Notes: generated by a model from the letters alone, not told the origin. A stretch of DNA of 64,000 nt from Candidatus Saccharimonadales bacterium (GCA_038230395.1 JBBRNI010000005.1:834-64833), one strand, 5' to 3'; counted from the first letter of the stretch, positions 54,084 to 62,801 are shown. Numbers and translations: made by a program.

Positions 54084-55865
54084 TTACTGCTTAGGTGACA
54101 CATAAGAATTATTAATTAACATATGCGCCAAATTAACAAAGACCGGCTGAGCCGCCGCCGTACCTGCATAATAGTCAACAACCGGTTTCTGCATGTAAAC
54201 ACATATAACGTACTGCACTTTGTTGCCGCCAACAAATCCTAAATAGGTTCCGTTGAATTCTGTATCTGAATAAACTCCTTTAACAGCCAGCTGCGCGGTA
54301 CCAGTTTTGCCACCAACGATATACTTTGTCTGATCAAAAGCTGGCTGTGGATTGTGATGCTGCAACGAATACTGTAACATCGGTGCTAAAGCCTGTCCGG
54401 TCGACACCTTAAAATCATTGGATTTTACTATTTTGGATGATTGCGGTGTGGATTTACCACTACTGTCAGTCACAGCGTCAACAAGATGTGGCTGATAATA
54501 AGTACCGCCATTAAGCACTGCTGAGAGGGCTGCGGACATCTGGATCGGAGTAGTTAATATGGCCTGGCCAAATGACGTCTCGGCATAAGTCAGGTTGATT
54601 GCTGAGCCAGTATCATTAGGGCCAGTAACTAGTCCGCCGGACTCGTAGCCCTGCTCTACGCCAGTTGGTTTGTTAAACATGTAGTGATTTGTTAAGTAGT
54701 CATACCAGGCCGCACGGGCTTTGGTGTTTATCTCGCCGCCACCCATTTGCATCAACTCCCAAGTAGCGCCGGTGTTGAGTGACAAGTTAAGCAAATCATA
54801 GAGACTTTTAGTGCCTGCACCGCCGTCTTCCTCGACGTTCTTGATGGTAAAGCCATCAACTAACCAGTGCGCCGGATCGTAGTAGGTTGTACCAGGCTGA
54901 ATAACGCCCTGGTCCAGTGCGGCGGCTGTAGTCAGCGCCTTCATGATCGAACCAGGTTCAATTGGATCACTGACTGCCCCATTTTGAAAAATGTTTGGGT
55001 CTGTGACTTTAGAATATTGTGATGGGTCATAAGACGGGAAATTAGCCATAGCTTTAATCGCACCACTGTTAACGTCCATTATCAGCGCGCTAGCGCGCTG
55101 AGTATGGGTCTTTTCAGCACCTTGCTGCAATATTGCTTCTAGCTGGTGCTGCATAGCTAAGTCAATTGTGAGCGTGACATCAGTGCCATTTTGAGGCGCG
55201 ACCTCGATATTATCTTTGCTAGCCGCCAGGGGTACTCCACTAATATCGGTAATCGCCCGCAACTGGCCAGGCACACCGCTCAGCTGTTTGTTGAGCGCCT
55301 GCTCCACGCCATATTCTCCAGTACCATTATCACTTACAAAACCAAGTTCCTGCCCAGCAAGCGCACCCTGTGGGTAAGTACGGTAATTTTGAGCTTGGGC
55401 GCCCACACCTGGGTACCTGAGCGCTAAGACTTTGGCTTGATTGTCACTGTTAAGGCGCTTAGCCAGCACGACGTAGCGAGTATTTTTAGCTTTCAACAGA
55501 TCACTGTAAGTTTTTGATTGGCCTCCTATAATACTAGCCAGCTTCGCCGCTACCACATCTGGATGCTTAATAAATGTTGGGTCAGCGTAGAGCGTGTATA
55601 GCTGCTCGTTTAGGACAATTGCAACCGTACTATTACCGTCATGGGCAGAGATAATACCGCGAGACGCTGGAATCTGATACTGCTTGAGTTGGTCGCTGAG
55701 AGCGGCGTTTTTATAGTGGTCATATCGTATGATTTGGACGTAGAATAATCGCACAACTACGACCGCGAACAACACTAATAACACGCCATACCAGATGCGA
55801 ACACGGCGGACGGCGACTGCTGCTTCAGATAAAGTATTTGTGTTTGGCAATGCCATTACTACCAT
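54084..55865 (-). CDS. ftsI: Class B penicillin-binding protein (FtsI/PBP2-type transpeptidase)
   Basis: N-terminal TM, SxxK (GSIMK), SxN (SLN) and KTGT (GGKTGTA). Confidence 0.9.
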   Translation of the reverse strand: MVVMALPNTNTLSEAAVAVRRVRIWYGVLLVLFAVVVVRLFYVQIIRYDHYKNAALSDQLKQYQIPASRGIISAHDGNSTVAIVLNEQLYTLYADPTFIKHPDVVAAKLASIIGGQSKTYSDLLKAKNTRYVVLAKRLNSDNQAKVLALRYPGVGAQAQNYRTYPQGALAGQELGFVSDNGTGEYGVEQALNKQLSGVPGQLRAITDISGVPLAASKDNIEVAPQNGTDVTLTIDLAMQHQLEAILQQGAEKTHTQRASALIMDVNSGAIKAMANFPSYDPSQYSKVTDPNIFQNGAVSDPIEPGSIMKALTTAAALDQGVIQPGTTYYDPAHWLVDGFTIKNVEEDGGAGTKSLYDLLNLSLNTGATWELMQMGGGEINTKARAAWYDYLTNHYMFNKPTGVEQGYESGGLVTGPNDTGSAINLTYAETSFGQAILTTPIQMSAALSAVLNGGTYYQPHLVDAVTDSSGKSTPQSSKIVKSNDFKVSTGQALAPMLQYSLQHHNPQPAFDQTKYIVGGKTGTAQLAVKGVYSDTEFNGTYLGFVGGNKVQYVICVYMQKPVVDYYAGTAAAQPVFVNLAHMLINNSYVSPKQ

Positions 55866-55879
55866 TATAGCAGTGCTAG

Positions 55880-56251
55880 CTAGTTTGTGACTGTATCGCT
55901 TGGCGCGACTGGCACTAGGGCTTTTGCTTCTGTACTGTTTTGAACACGCGCTAATGCTTGCAAACGAGCTGAAGCAACCTGCAAATCAGCGTTTTGGTTC
56001 TTGAGTGAAGTTTGGTGCTGTTGTAAGCCGTTAATCTGGTAACCGTAGGCATTAGTTTTAGTTACCTGCGTCAGATACAGCAAGCCAAGTAAGCAGGCTA
56101 AAACGATCAGAATAATGCTGTTACTAATCGGGCCAAAGGCACGAGTGGCTTCGCGGAGACTAACAGTGTTTTGATTACGGCCAGTGAACTGAGATCGACT
56201 TGCCCTGGCGGGCGAGCGATGATTCATGGCGAGGCTACTTGAATATGTCAT
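55880..56251 (-). CDS. ftsL: FtsL-like septum-formation protein
   Basis: 123 aa with a single TM followed by a coiled coil (LQQHQTSLKNQNADLQVASARLQ). It sits between rsmH and ftsI. Confidence 0.55.
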   Translation of the reverse strand: MTYSSSLAMNHRSPARASRSQFTGRNQNTVSLREATRAFGPISNSIILIVLACLLGLLYLTQVTKTNAYGYQINGLQQHQTSLKNQNADLQVASARLQALARVQNSTEAKALVPVAPSDTVTN

Positions 56252-56341
56252 AAGATGAGGCTTGTTTTGTTTATTTTTATTTTTTGTTTTGGGTTTTTAG
56301 TTTTTTGTTTTGGCTCAGCTTTTAGGCTGAAATTTGGTGTT

Positions 56342-56368
56342 CCGGACCCAGAATTTTGCTGGGCCCGG
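56342..56368 (-). other. Stable 10-bp hairpin in the rsmH-ftsL spacer
   Basis: CCGGACCCAG (56342..56351) / CTGGGCCCGG (56359..56368), 7-nt loop, one G-T pair. There is no U-tract on the coding strand, so it is not a canonical terminator. Confidence 0.6.
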
Positions 56369-56439
56369 CCCCCTTCTTACTTAGACGACTTTGACGACGA
56401 CTTTGTAAGAGCGGGAGGTGCTCTTGATGCGGATTGGCA

Positions 56440-57396
56440 TTAGGCATTCCCTTCTTTGTTTTTATTTTTCACTGCGGCTCGTAACTTGGCGCTACGGGCT
56501 CGCGGATTAGTGACGGTTTCGGTGGGGTCAGCTGACACGGGACGCTTGGTCAGTATCTGGATATCAGCGTCGTAACGCTCGCCACCAGCTTCCGCAAACG
56601 CCCGTTTGACCAAACGATCTTCGAGGCTGTGGAAACTAATGATGGCTATCCTTCCTCCTGGTTTCAGCAGACTTAGCCATAATGGCAAAGCTTCTGTGAG
56701 GAGACCCAACTCATCGTTAACAGCGATTCTGAGTGCCTGAAATGTACGGGTTGCCGGGTGAACCCTACTATGTCCGGGCCAGGCTTTCGCAGCTAGTGCC
56801 GCCAGTTGCTCAGTAGTCGACAACAATTGTTGAGATCTGTGAGCAATTATGGCTTGTGCTATCTGCCGGGCCTTTGGCTCTTGGCCATAGCGGGTCAGAA
56901 TGTCTGATATTGCTGTTTCGCTGTAGGTGTTAACGATGGTTGCGGCGGTCAATTCCTGTCGCTGGTCCATGCGCATGTCGAGCGGTCCATTGCTTGCTAT
57001 AGCAAAGCCGCGACTAGCCTCGTTTAGATGTGGTGACGATACTCCAAGGTCCGCCAAAATTAGGTCAAACTTCCTAAGAGAGGTTGTGAGGCTTCTCGTA
57101 GCAGTCAGAAAATCTTCTGAAAGCAGCTCTATTATGTCAGTGCTGTTATTTTCGGTAGCGCCAAGCGTGTTAAATCGACTATGCAATGCACGTATGGCGT
57201 TCTCGTCACGGTCGACGAGCACACTGTCAGCGTAGTTATGGGTTATATCCAGTATGGCGCTGGCGTGCCCACCGTATCCAGCTGTCAGGTCGAGATAAGA
57301 ATCTCCGGGCTGAGGGGCTAAATACTGCAGGACTTCGTCAAGCAGAACTGGAATATGCAATGTTTGGTTATTATTTTGGTTTTTGTTTTGGTGCAT
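56440..57396 (-). CDS. rsmH: 16S rRNA (cytosine1402-N4)-methyltransferase
   Basis: HIPVLLDEVL, DLTAGYGGHA, DLGVSSPHL and SFHSLEDR motifs. The start is taken at Met24 of the track ORF (MHQNKNQ..). Confidence 0.9.
   Translation of the reverse strand: MHQNKNQNNNQTLHIPVLLDEVLQYLAPQPGDSYLDLTAGYGGHASAILDITHNYADSVLVDRDENAIRALHSRFNTLGATENNSTDIIELLSEDFLTATRSLTTSLRKFDLILADLGVSSPHLNEASRGFAIASNGPLDMRMDQRQELTAATIVNTYSETAISDILTRYGQEPKARQIAQAIIAHRSQQLLSTTEQLAALAAKAWPGHSRVHPATRTFQALRIAVNDELGLLTEALPLWLSLLKPGGRIAIISFHSLEDRLVKRAFAEAGGERYDADIQILTKRPVSADPTETVTNPRARSAKLRAAVKNKNKEGNA
57377..57389. repeat. 13-mer TGGTTTTTGTTTT (AAAACAAAAACCA on coding strand), copy 1
   Basis: Exact copy, located in the first codons of rsmH. 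Confidence 0.9.
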
Positions 57397-57565
57397 CTTG
57401 ATCTTGTTTTTGTTTTTAGTGGATTGCCCTCGTGATGCGACTATGCGCCCACTACTGCGTTCCAACGCGCAAGGTTTTGCTATCCGAGGGGCTTATGCGC
57501 CCTGCGGTTGGCTAACCCTTGCTTTGCAAGGTCACCTAATCAGCAATCAACTATTTGTTTTTTTG

Positions 57566-57578
57566 TGGTTTTTGTTTT
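57566..57578. repeat. 13-mer TGGTTTTTGTTTT, copy 2
   Basis: Exact copy, located in the mraZ-rsmH spacer. Confidence 0.9.
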
Positions 57579-57859
57579 TGTGTATTCCTAAGCTGATAGT
57601 TATTGACGAGGGTCATTGCTGACTAGTCAGAACGTTGGCCGAGGAAAAAGTTTTGAGAGACTTATGTGTGAGGTGGAGTTTTGGGAGGTGTTTTAAAAGG
57701 TGCAAGATTTTTTATTCTGGTTTTCTCTTAATTTTCCAGTTGTTGATTGCCGAATAGGCAAACTCGAGTGTCTAGTACTGCATCGCAGCACTTGAACAAG
57801 TGTTTTGTATTCGTTTTTGTTTCTAGTTGTTAATGATCAGCAATTATATGTGCAATGGC

Positions 57860-58219
57860 TCAAGCAGCTAACAGCCGCCAATACTGGCCAACGCCTACAG
57901 CAACAACATTGCGAGTAATACCAGCGTAATCGAGCAAATGTTGCTCAAGTGTCACGCGGCCTTGCTTGCCGTCAGGCTGCTGCTCAATTTTACCCATTCG
58001 GAATTGCACATTTAGATCAGCTATTCGCTCATCCAATATGTCACCGGCTAGGCGTGGCTCCACGAGGTTTTCCCAGACATCCTTCGGGTAAAGATGCAGG
58101 TATTGACCAAATCCGCGTGTAACGACTGCTCCGCTTGCGAACTTATCACGAAGTTCAGGCGGTATGGTTAACCGACGCTTATCGTCAAGCTTGCGTTCGA
58201 AGTAGTCCACCGTGGCCAT
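57860..58219 (-). CDS. mraZ: Transcriptional regulator MraZ
   Basis: Two SpoVT/AbrB-like halves with DDKRRLTIP and DGKQGRVTLEQHL (DXXXR-type motifs). It is the first gene of the dcw cluster. Confidence 0.85.
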   Translation of the reverse strand: MATVDYFERKLDDKRRLTIPPELRDKFASGAVVTRGFGQYLHLYPKDVWENLVEPRLAGDILDERIADLNVQFRMGKIEQQPDGKQGRVTLEQHLLDYAGITRNVVAVGVGQYWRLLAA

Positions 58220-58265
58220 TTGGTTGCCCTTTGCGGTTAGCCTTGAGGTTTTTGTAAATTACTAG

Positions 58266-58278
58266 TGGTTTTTGTTTT
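58266..58278. repeat. 13-mer TGGTTTTTGTTTT, copy 3
   Basis: Exact copy, located 47 nt upstream of the mraZ start codon. Confidence 0.9.
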
Positions 58279-58310
58279 GTGATTAGGAGCTGTTTTGGCT
58301 TCCTTTATTA

Positions 58311-58349
58311 CCCACTGCAATGAGTGTACTACCCACCATCACCCCCCAC
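58311..58349 (-). promoter_or_regulatory. Candidate MraZ operator: three GTGGG repeats upstream of mraZ
   Basis: CCCAC on the plus strand at 58311, 58332 and 58345 (GTGGG on the coding strand), with spacing of 21 and 13 nt, 90-130 nt upstream of the mraZ ATG. Confidence 0.35.
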
Positions 58350-58364
58350 AATACACAAACTACG

Positions 58365-58389
58365 AAAAAAGTGGTGTTTCTCACACCAC
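58365..58389 (-). terminator. Intrinsic terminator of the 58416..58919 gene
   Basis: The minus strand reads GTGGTGT-GAGAA-ACACCAC followed by TTTTTT. Confidence 0.65.
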
Positions 58390-58415
58390 TTTTCCACACT
58401 TGTTACACAGGTTAA

Positions 58416-58919
58416 CTACTTAGAGTGTTCGGGAGCTGCTGGTACGGTTACAATTCCGTTTCCTGGGGCGGTAGGCTCAAATACAATTGAAGTTCCAGGG
58501 CTTACAGGTGCAAGATCGGTAGGTGCTGACACTCCGACTTGACCGTCTGGAAGGTAGTCGGCGGTACGGTCCGTTACGCCATCTTGCTTCATTTGGTGCT
58601 GATACTGTTGATGTTCATTTCTTTCGATTCTACCAAATACGAAATCTTCTGCACTACGTATGCCGCCTAGAACGTCGCGGCCTGCTATCGCTGGAATGTT
58701 AGGAATGGCTGGTACTACGTGACTAGCGGCCACATTGCCCGATCCCAAAGCAACAGCTGCAATAAAACGACGAACTGCAAAGCGGTGATCGTTGATTTTA
58801 GGGGATAAGTCAACATGCTTGCCTGGGTGATTAGGCTTCGTAGGGGCTTGACGTGCAGCTACACTCTGACGAGCAAGGCGTTCTGTATCTTCAAATGATG
58901 ACTGAGTAGGTGTTTGCAT
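58416..58919 (-). CDS. Hypothetical protein
   Basis: 167-aa ORF followed by a good terminator. It has a possible internal hydrophobic segment (FIAAVALGSGNVAA). Confidence 0.5.
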   Translation of the reverse strand: MQTPTQSSFEDTERLARQSVAARQAPTKPNHPGKHVDLSPKINDHRFAVRRFIAAVALGSGNVAASHVVPAIPNIPAIAGRDVLGGIRSAEDFVFGRIERNEHQQYQHQMKQDGVTDRTADYLPDGQVGVSAPTDLAPVSPGTSIVFEPTAPGNGIVTVPAAPEHSK

Positions 58920-58956
58920 AAATTTATACTATCATATTAAATCAGATTAGTCAAGA

Positions 58957-59298
58957 TTAAAAGCGACCAGTTCGACCCGGTGTACGCTGGGCGACACTGT
59001 AGCTAATGTAGTGTGGAGCACTCTCTTCGCGCTCACGACGTAACGGGTTGTTGCCTTCTTGTGATAACTGGGTAGCAAACGCGAACGTTGGTTGACTTGG
59101 GACCACTACTTTGGCACTGCTACGATCAGGTAATTCAAGCATGCCGAAGGTTGCAGCGGCTGCCATAAGAACTAAACCAACTTGTTGGCTGATCTGGTCG
59201 AGTGATTTGGTAGTGGTCTTCATGATTTTTATATTTGTTTGAATGTTGGTTTTATTACATTCTAGGCTTAGCATAGCAAAACATATGCTTTTTGTCAA
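58957..59298 (-). CDS. Small membrane-anchored hypothetical protein
   Basis: The start is more likely at MKTTTKS (59223). It has one TM or signal segment (VGLVLMAAAATFGML). Confidence 0.45.
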   Translation of the reverse strand: MTKSICFAMLSLECNKTNIQTNIKIMKTTTKSLDQISQQVGLVLMAAAATFGMLELPDRSSAKVVVPSQPTFAFATQLSQEGNNPLRREREESAPHYISYSVAQRTPGRTGRF

Positions 59299-59337
59299 GC
59301 TTATGGTTATTGTGCTAATACTAGTTGTCTACGTGTG

Positions 59338-59967
59338 CTACAGATCAATATCGAGTGGAAGACCGGTTTCGGGTTTGAGGAAAGTGATACCCTGAGCTTT
59401 TAATATTGCTTCAAAATGATCGTAAGTTTGCATGCGGGCTTCATCTCGCCAATGCCAATCATGGATCGGGATGATGTATTCTGGCTTAAATTCAAGGGCT
59501 ATTTTGAGCGCCTTGACGCTAGTGCCCCATGGACCAGTCATAGGCAGGGCGAGTATTGCCTTGGTTTCGCTAAAACTATGACTATCTCCCGGGTGAGTTA
59601 GCTGATCCATATAATGTACCCCAATTTCTTCTGGCTGCGGATACATAGGCTCTACTGATTCGTGTGGCGAATCGAAAATTTCAATGCCGGGCGACGAGTT
59701 ATCAGTAGCGCTGATACCTAGCTTTGCCAGTGCCACCACGACTTCTGTAGGCGCAGTTATGAGCGCACCTGGAAATTGGACCAGTAGTGACTGTACAAAG
59801 CTTGGGCTAAAGTGGTCACCATGCTCATGGGTAATGATAATGTCGTCAAGTTGCATCAGCTGGTCAACCGGAAAAGATGATTCACTCATCATACCGGGGT
59901 CAAAAACCGCTGTTCTATCGGGTGTTTCAACTAGTAAACACGAGTGAACGTATTTAGTTACTTTCAT
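59338..59967 (-). CDS. Metallo-beta-lactamase-fold hydrolase
   Basis: HEHGDHF (HxHxDH) motif. The start is taken at MKVTKYV. Confidence 0.8.
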   Translation of the reverse strand: MKVTKYVHSCLLVETPDRTAVFDPGMMSESSFPVDQLMQLDDIIITHEHGDHFSPSFVQSLLVQFPGALITAPTEVVVALAKLGISATDNSSPGIEIFDSPHESVEPMYPQPEEIGVHYMDQLTHPGDSHSFSETKAILALPMTGPWGTSVKALKIALEFKPEYIIPIHDWHWRDEARMQTYDHFEAILKAQGITFLKPETGLPLDIDL

Positions 59968-60048
59968 TATATGTATCTCCATTAATCTAAATAGTAAAAC
60001 TATTTATAACAGATGAAGTCGTTATGCTTTGTAAAAATATTGACAGCG

Positions 60049-60780
60049 TTAGCGGTATTCTGGGTTTTCAAAGTCAAATCGAGCGCCCGCGTCCCACTTA
60101 GAGCGCTGATTACCATATGCTGGAATGCCGCCGTTGTCTTTAAGCATTTTGGCCATGTGCATTATATTCCAAGTCATAAACGTCGTATTGCGGTTAGTAA
60201 AGTCGTTATCAAGACCCTCAAAACTGCCATCTTCACGCTTATCACCATAGCTGGGGCCCGGGCCGGCTTCGCCGATCCAACCGGCATCAGCCTGTGGCGG
60301 AATCGTGCAACCAAGGTGTTGCAAACTATACAAAGTGTTCATTGTACAATGCTTGATGCCGTCCTCGTTACCAGTTATGAGTGACCCACCCACCTTGCCG
60401 TAATAAGCGTACTGACCCTGCGCATTAAGTAAGCTACTACATCCGTACAGTCGCTCAATCACTTTCTTGGTCATTGAGCTATTATCACCCAGCCAAATCG
60501 GCCCTGCTAGAACCAATATATCAGCTGCCTCAACACGTTTATAAATTTCGGGCCATGCATCTGTCTCGGCACCGTGCTCACGCATATCAGGATAAACGCC
60601 GGTGGCAATGTCGTGGTCAATAACCCGAATTATCTCTGTTTCAACACCATGCTTTTGCATGATATCAGTACTTATCTTAATTAGCAGATCGGTGTGGCTG
60701 GCAGCCGGTGATTTGGTTAGAGTGCCATTAAAAAATATCGCTTTGAGACCTGAGAAATCGTAATCAGTAACTTCTGACAT
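60049..60780 (-). CDS. Flavodoxin-fold NAD(P)H-dependent FMN reductase-like oxidoreductase
   Basis: FFNGTLTKSP... and ILVLAGPIWLGDNSS are typical of the NADPH-dependent FMN reductase / flavodoxin-like fold. Confidence 0.7.
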   Translation of the reverse strand: MSEVTDYDFSGLKAIFFNGTLTKSPAASHTDLLIKISTDIMQKHGVETEIIRVIDHDIATGVYPDMREHGAETDAWPEIYKRVEAADILVLAGPIWLGDNSSMTKKVIERLYGCSSLLNAQGQYAYYGKVGGSLITGNEDGIKHCTMNTLYSLQHLGCTIPPQADAGWIGEAGPGPSYGDKREDGSFEGLDNDFTNRNTTFMTWNIMHMAKMLKDNGGIPAYGNQRSKWDAGARFDFENPEYR

Positions 60781-60853
60781 AATAAACTCCTATTAATATG
60801 CTCAGTGTAATAAATTTCTGGGTAATTTAACAGTAAATGATCTCGCTCGTGGG

Positions 60854-61447
60854 CTATTTCTTTTTGCGATCGTGATAAGTCAGCTGGCGGCGCAGGGTGT
60901 CTAACCGGACTATTTTGTCATCAAAACCTTTTAATAGGCTGGAATACTGCCAATTTGGAGTTAAGATATTAGCGAGTTTACCCTGCTCTTCTAAGTACTC
61001 TATGAGAGTAAAAAAGTCGCCGTCGCCAGACACAATGATGGCTTTATCATAATGTGGGAATTCCTTCATGGCATACAACACCAAGTCAGCGTCAATATTG
61101 CCCTTGATAGCTGGCTTGTCCTTTTCATCAGCCTCTTTTTTTGCCCTTTGCTCAGGGGTTTGAGCGGCTAGTTGCTCGGCGGTGAGTTCATCGGGGTGTA
61201 TCATCGCCACATCGAGGGTTGGCTTGAGTACAATTAGAAACCCTAGTTCGTACATGTACTCATATAGCTGCTCGTTTTCGGCCATGTAACCGATGAACAT
61301 ATAGGCATTAGTAACGCCGTATTCGTCTAACAAAAATTTGCGGAATTTACGCCAGTCTAGCTTCCAGCCCATGCGTTGGGTACCGAGGTTAAGGTTCTGG
61401 CTGTCGATAAAAGCGTAGACAGTAGGCTTCTTAGGTGGTCTTGGCAT
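60854..61447 (-). CDS. NYN-domain (LabA-like) putative RNase
   Basis: FIDSQNLNLG at the N-terminus and IVSGDGDF. A charged ~35-aa insertion and a basic C-terminus are present. Confidence 0.75.
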   Translation of the reverse strand: MPRPPKKPTVYAFIDSQNLNLGTQRMGWKLDWRKFRKFLLDEYGVTNAYMFIGYMAENEQLYEYMYELGFLIVLKPTLDVAMIHPDELTAEQLAAQTPEQRAKKEADEKDKPAIKGNIDADLVLYAMKEFPHYDKAIIVSGDGDFFTLIEYLEEQGKLANILTPNWQYSSLLKGFDDKIVRLDTLRRQLTYHDRKKK

Positions 61448-61464
61448 ACCTCTAGTCTACCCTA

Positions 61465-62004
61465 TCAATGACGTAATAGCCTATATCTGGCTGGGCGATA
61501 ATAGCTAGCTACCTGCTTTGCTTGAAGCCCAATGACCACGACTGCTGGTAAATAAATCACCATACCAAGGCCATACGGCGTCTTAATCCAGCTCAATAGT
61601 TTGCCAAGTCCTGGGGCTACCGCCCAGACTTGGCCAACCAATATTGAACTGTCTATAGGCGGATCTACAGTCGATACAGCATCCCCTTTGGTTCTGAGAC
61701 GCGTTACACCTCCCGATACCTGCTTGGAGATGATCCTGTGGCTGATGATTACCCTAGGATCATGTAGGCTGTGGTAGCTGATGATATCACCGACTTTGAG
61801 CTGAGACGGCAGCACCCTCCAAGCGATAACGGCGTCGCCTGGTCGAAACACTGGTGTCATACTGCCCGTTTGGACGCTCAGCACCACTCCGCCTCGCCGC
61901 TCGAAACGAAGGCCGACGCTGATAGCAACGGCTATCGTAGCGATTAAGCCGATATTGAGGGCTCGCCTGACAGAAACGGCAAGCACATTTGTTGGCAATG
62001 ACAT
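61465..62004 (-). CDS. Signal peptidase I, archaeal/SipW type (S26B)
   Basis: GSMTPVFRPGD (Ser box), ISHRI (His box), TKGDAV, and a C-terminal TM. Confidence 0.75.
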   Translation of the reverse strand: MSLPTNVLAVSVRRALNIGLIATIAVAISVGLRFERRGGVVLSVQTGSMTPVFRPGDAVIAWRVLPSQLKVGDIISYHSLHDPRVIISHRIISKQVSGGVTRLRTKGDAVSTVDPPIDSSILVGQVWAVAPGLGKLLSWIKTPYGLGMVIYLPAVVVIGLQAKQVASYYRPARYRLLRH

Positions 62005-62021
62005 TGCGCAGTAACCCCACC

Positions 62022-62609
62022 CTAATTGACCGCCGTGGCGTCAAAGTTGAAGATTAAGTTACCAATATTCGCACTTGAGCCGCTTGTAGCATCGCTCTCT
62101 AACATAATCTGCATGGCGAAGCCGGCGTTGCCACCCGCATTGACATGATTGAGACCTCCGCCTATCAGAGCAATCCCCCCTGTAGCACTAGCTGCCACTA
62201 AATCTTTCAAGGTAATGTTCTGTAAAGCGCCCCCGCCAAATGGCAGCAAAATTACATGAACTTTAGTCAAATCAACATTATTTGGATTACTGAGTGCTTC
62301 ATTGACACTGATTTTAGCGGCTAGCGCAACCGATCCAGTATTCTGTAAATATATTGGATTGCCATTTGTCGGCGTTGGTGAGCCACCAGGAATAAGATTG
62401 TTGTACGTATAACCATCAACTACAGTGGCATAGGAAATGTTGTCTTTACTAATTTTGAGCTCGGCCATTGCAGTTGCCAGGCTATTACCTTTTAGGACCA
62501 CTTGCTGGCTTTGTAATGCCGCAAAGGTAACGCCCGTGACTAGCACCATGACCGCCGTGATGATACCCATGGCCTGCACGAGTGGTCGCATCGTTTCTAG
62601 TTTGTACAT
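62022..62609 (-). CDS. TasA/camelysin-like secreted protein with SipW-type signal peptide
   Basis: Long N-terminal signal ..ITAVMVLVTGVTFAALQSQ, then a ~160-aa beta-rich domain. It is encoded immediately upstream of the SipW-type peptidase. Confidence 0.55.
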   Translation of the reverse strand: MYKLETMRPLVQAMGIITAVMVLVTGVTFAALQSQQVVLKGNSLATAMAELKISKDNISYATVVDGYTYNNLIPGGSPTPTNGNPIYLQNTGSVALAAKISVNEALSNPNNVDLTKVHVILLPFGGGALQNITLKDLVAASATGGIALIGGGLNHVNAGGNAGFAMQIMLESDATSGSSANIGNLIFNFDATAVN

Positions 62610-62801
62610 GTGTTATTTGCTCCTCGTTTAGTTAGTTGCGCAATCATGGCAAACTAGCTTGTTCAAAGTCAACAAAACCGTCGTTCTTATTTACAACAAG
62701 CTGATTTTATGTTTAAGCTTGAGCTTAATGCGGATCTGTTATTTGAAACCTTGAGCGGCTTGGAATGATTTAATCTAAAGTTAATATTTGAAAATAATAG
62801 A

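Noticed and set aside
56255-57622. Plus-strand ORFs 56255..56443, 57186..57401 and 57383..57622
   Set aside because: They are translations of the T/G-rich spacers and the antisense of rsmH (Phe/Leu/Cys-rich). They have no start context and are incompatible with the dcw gene order on the minus strand.
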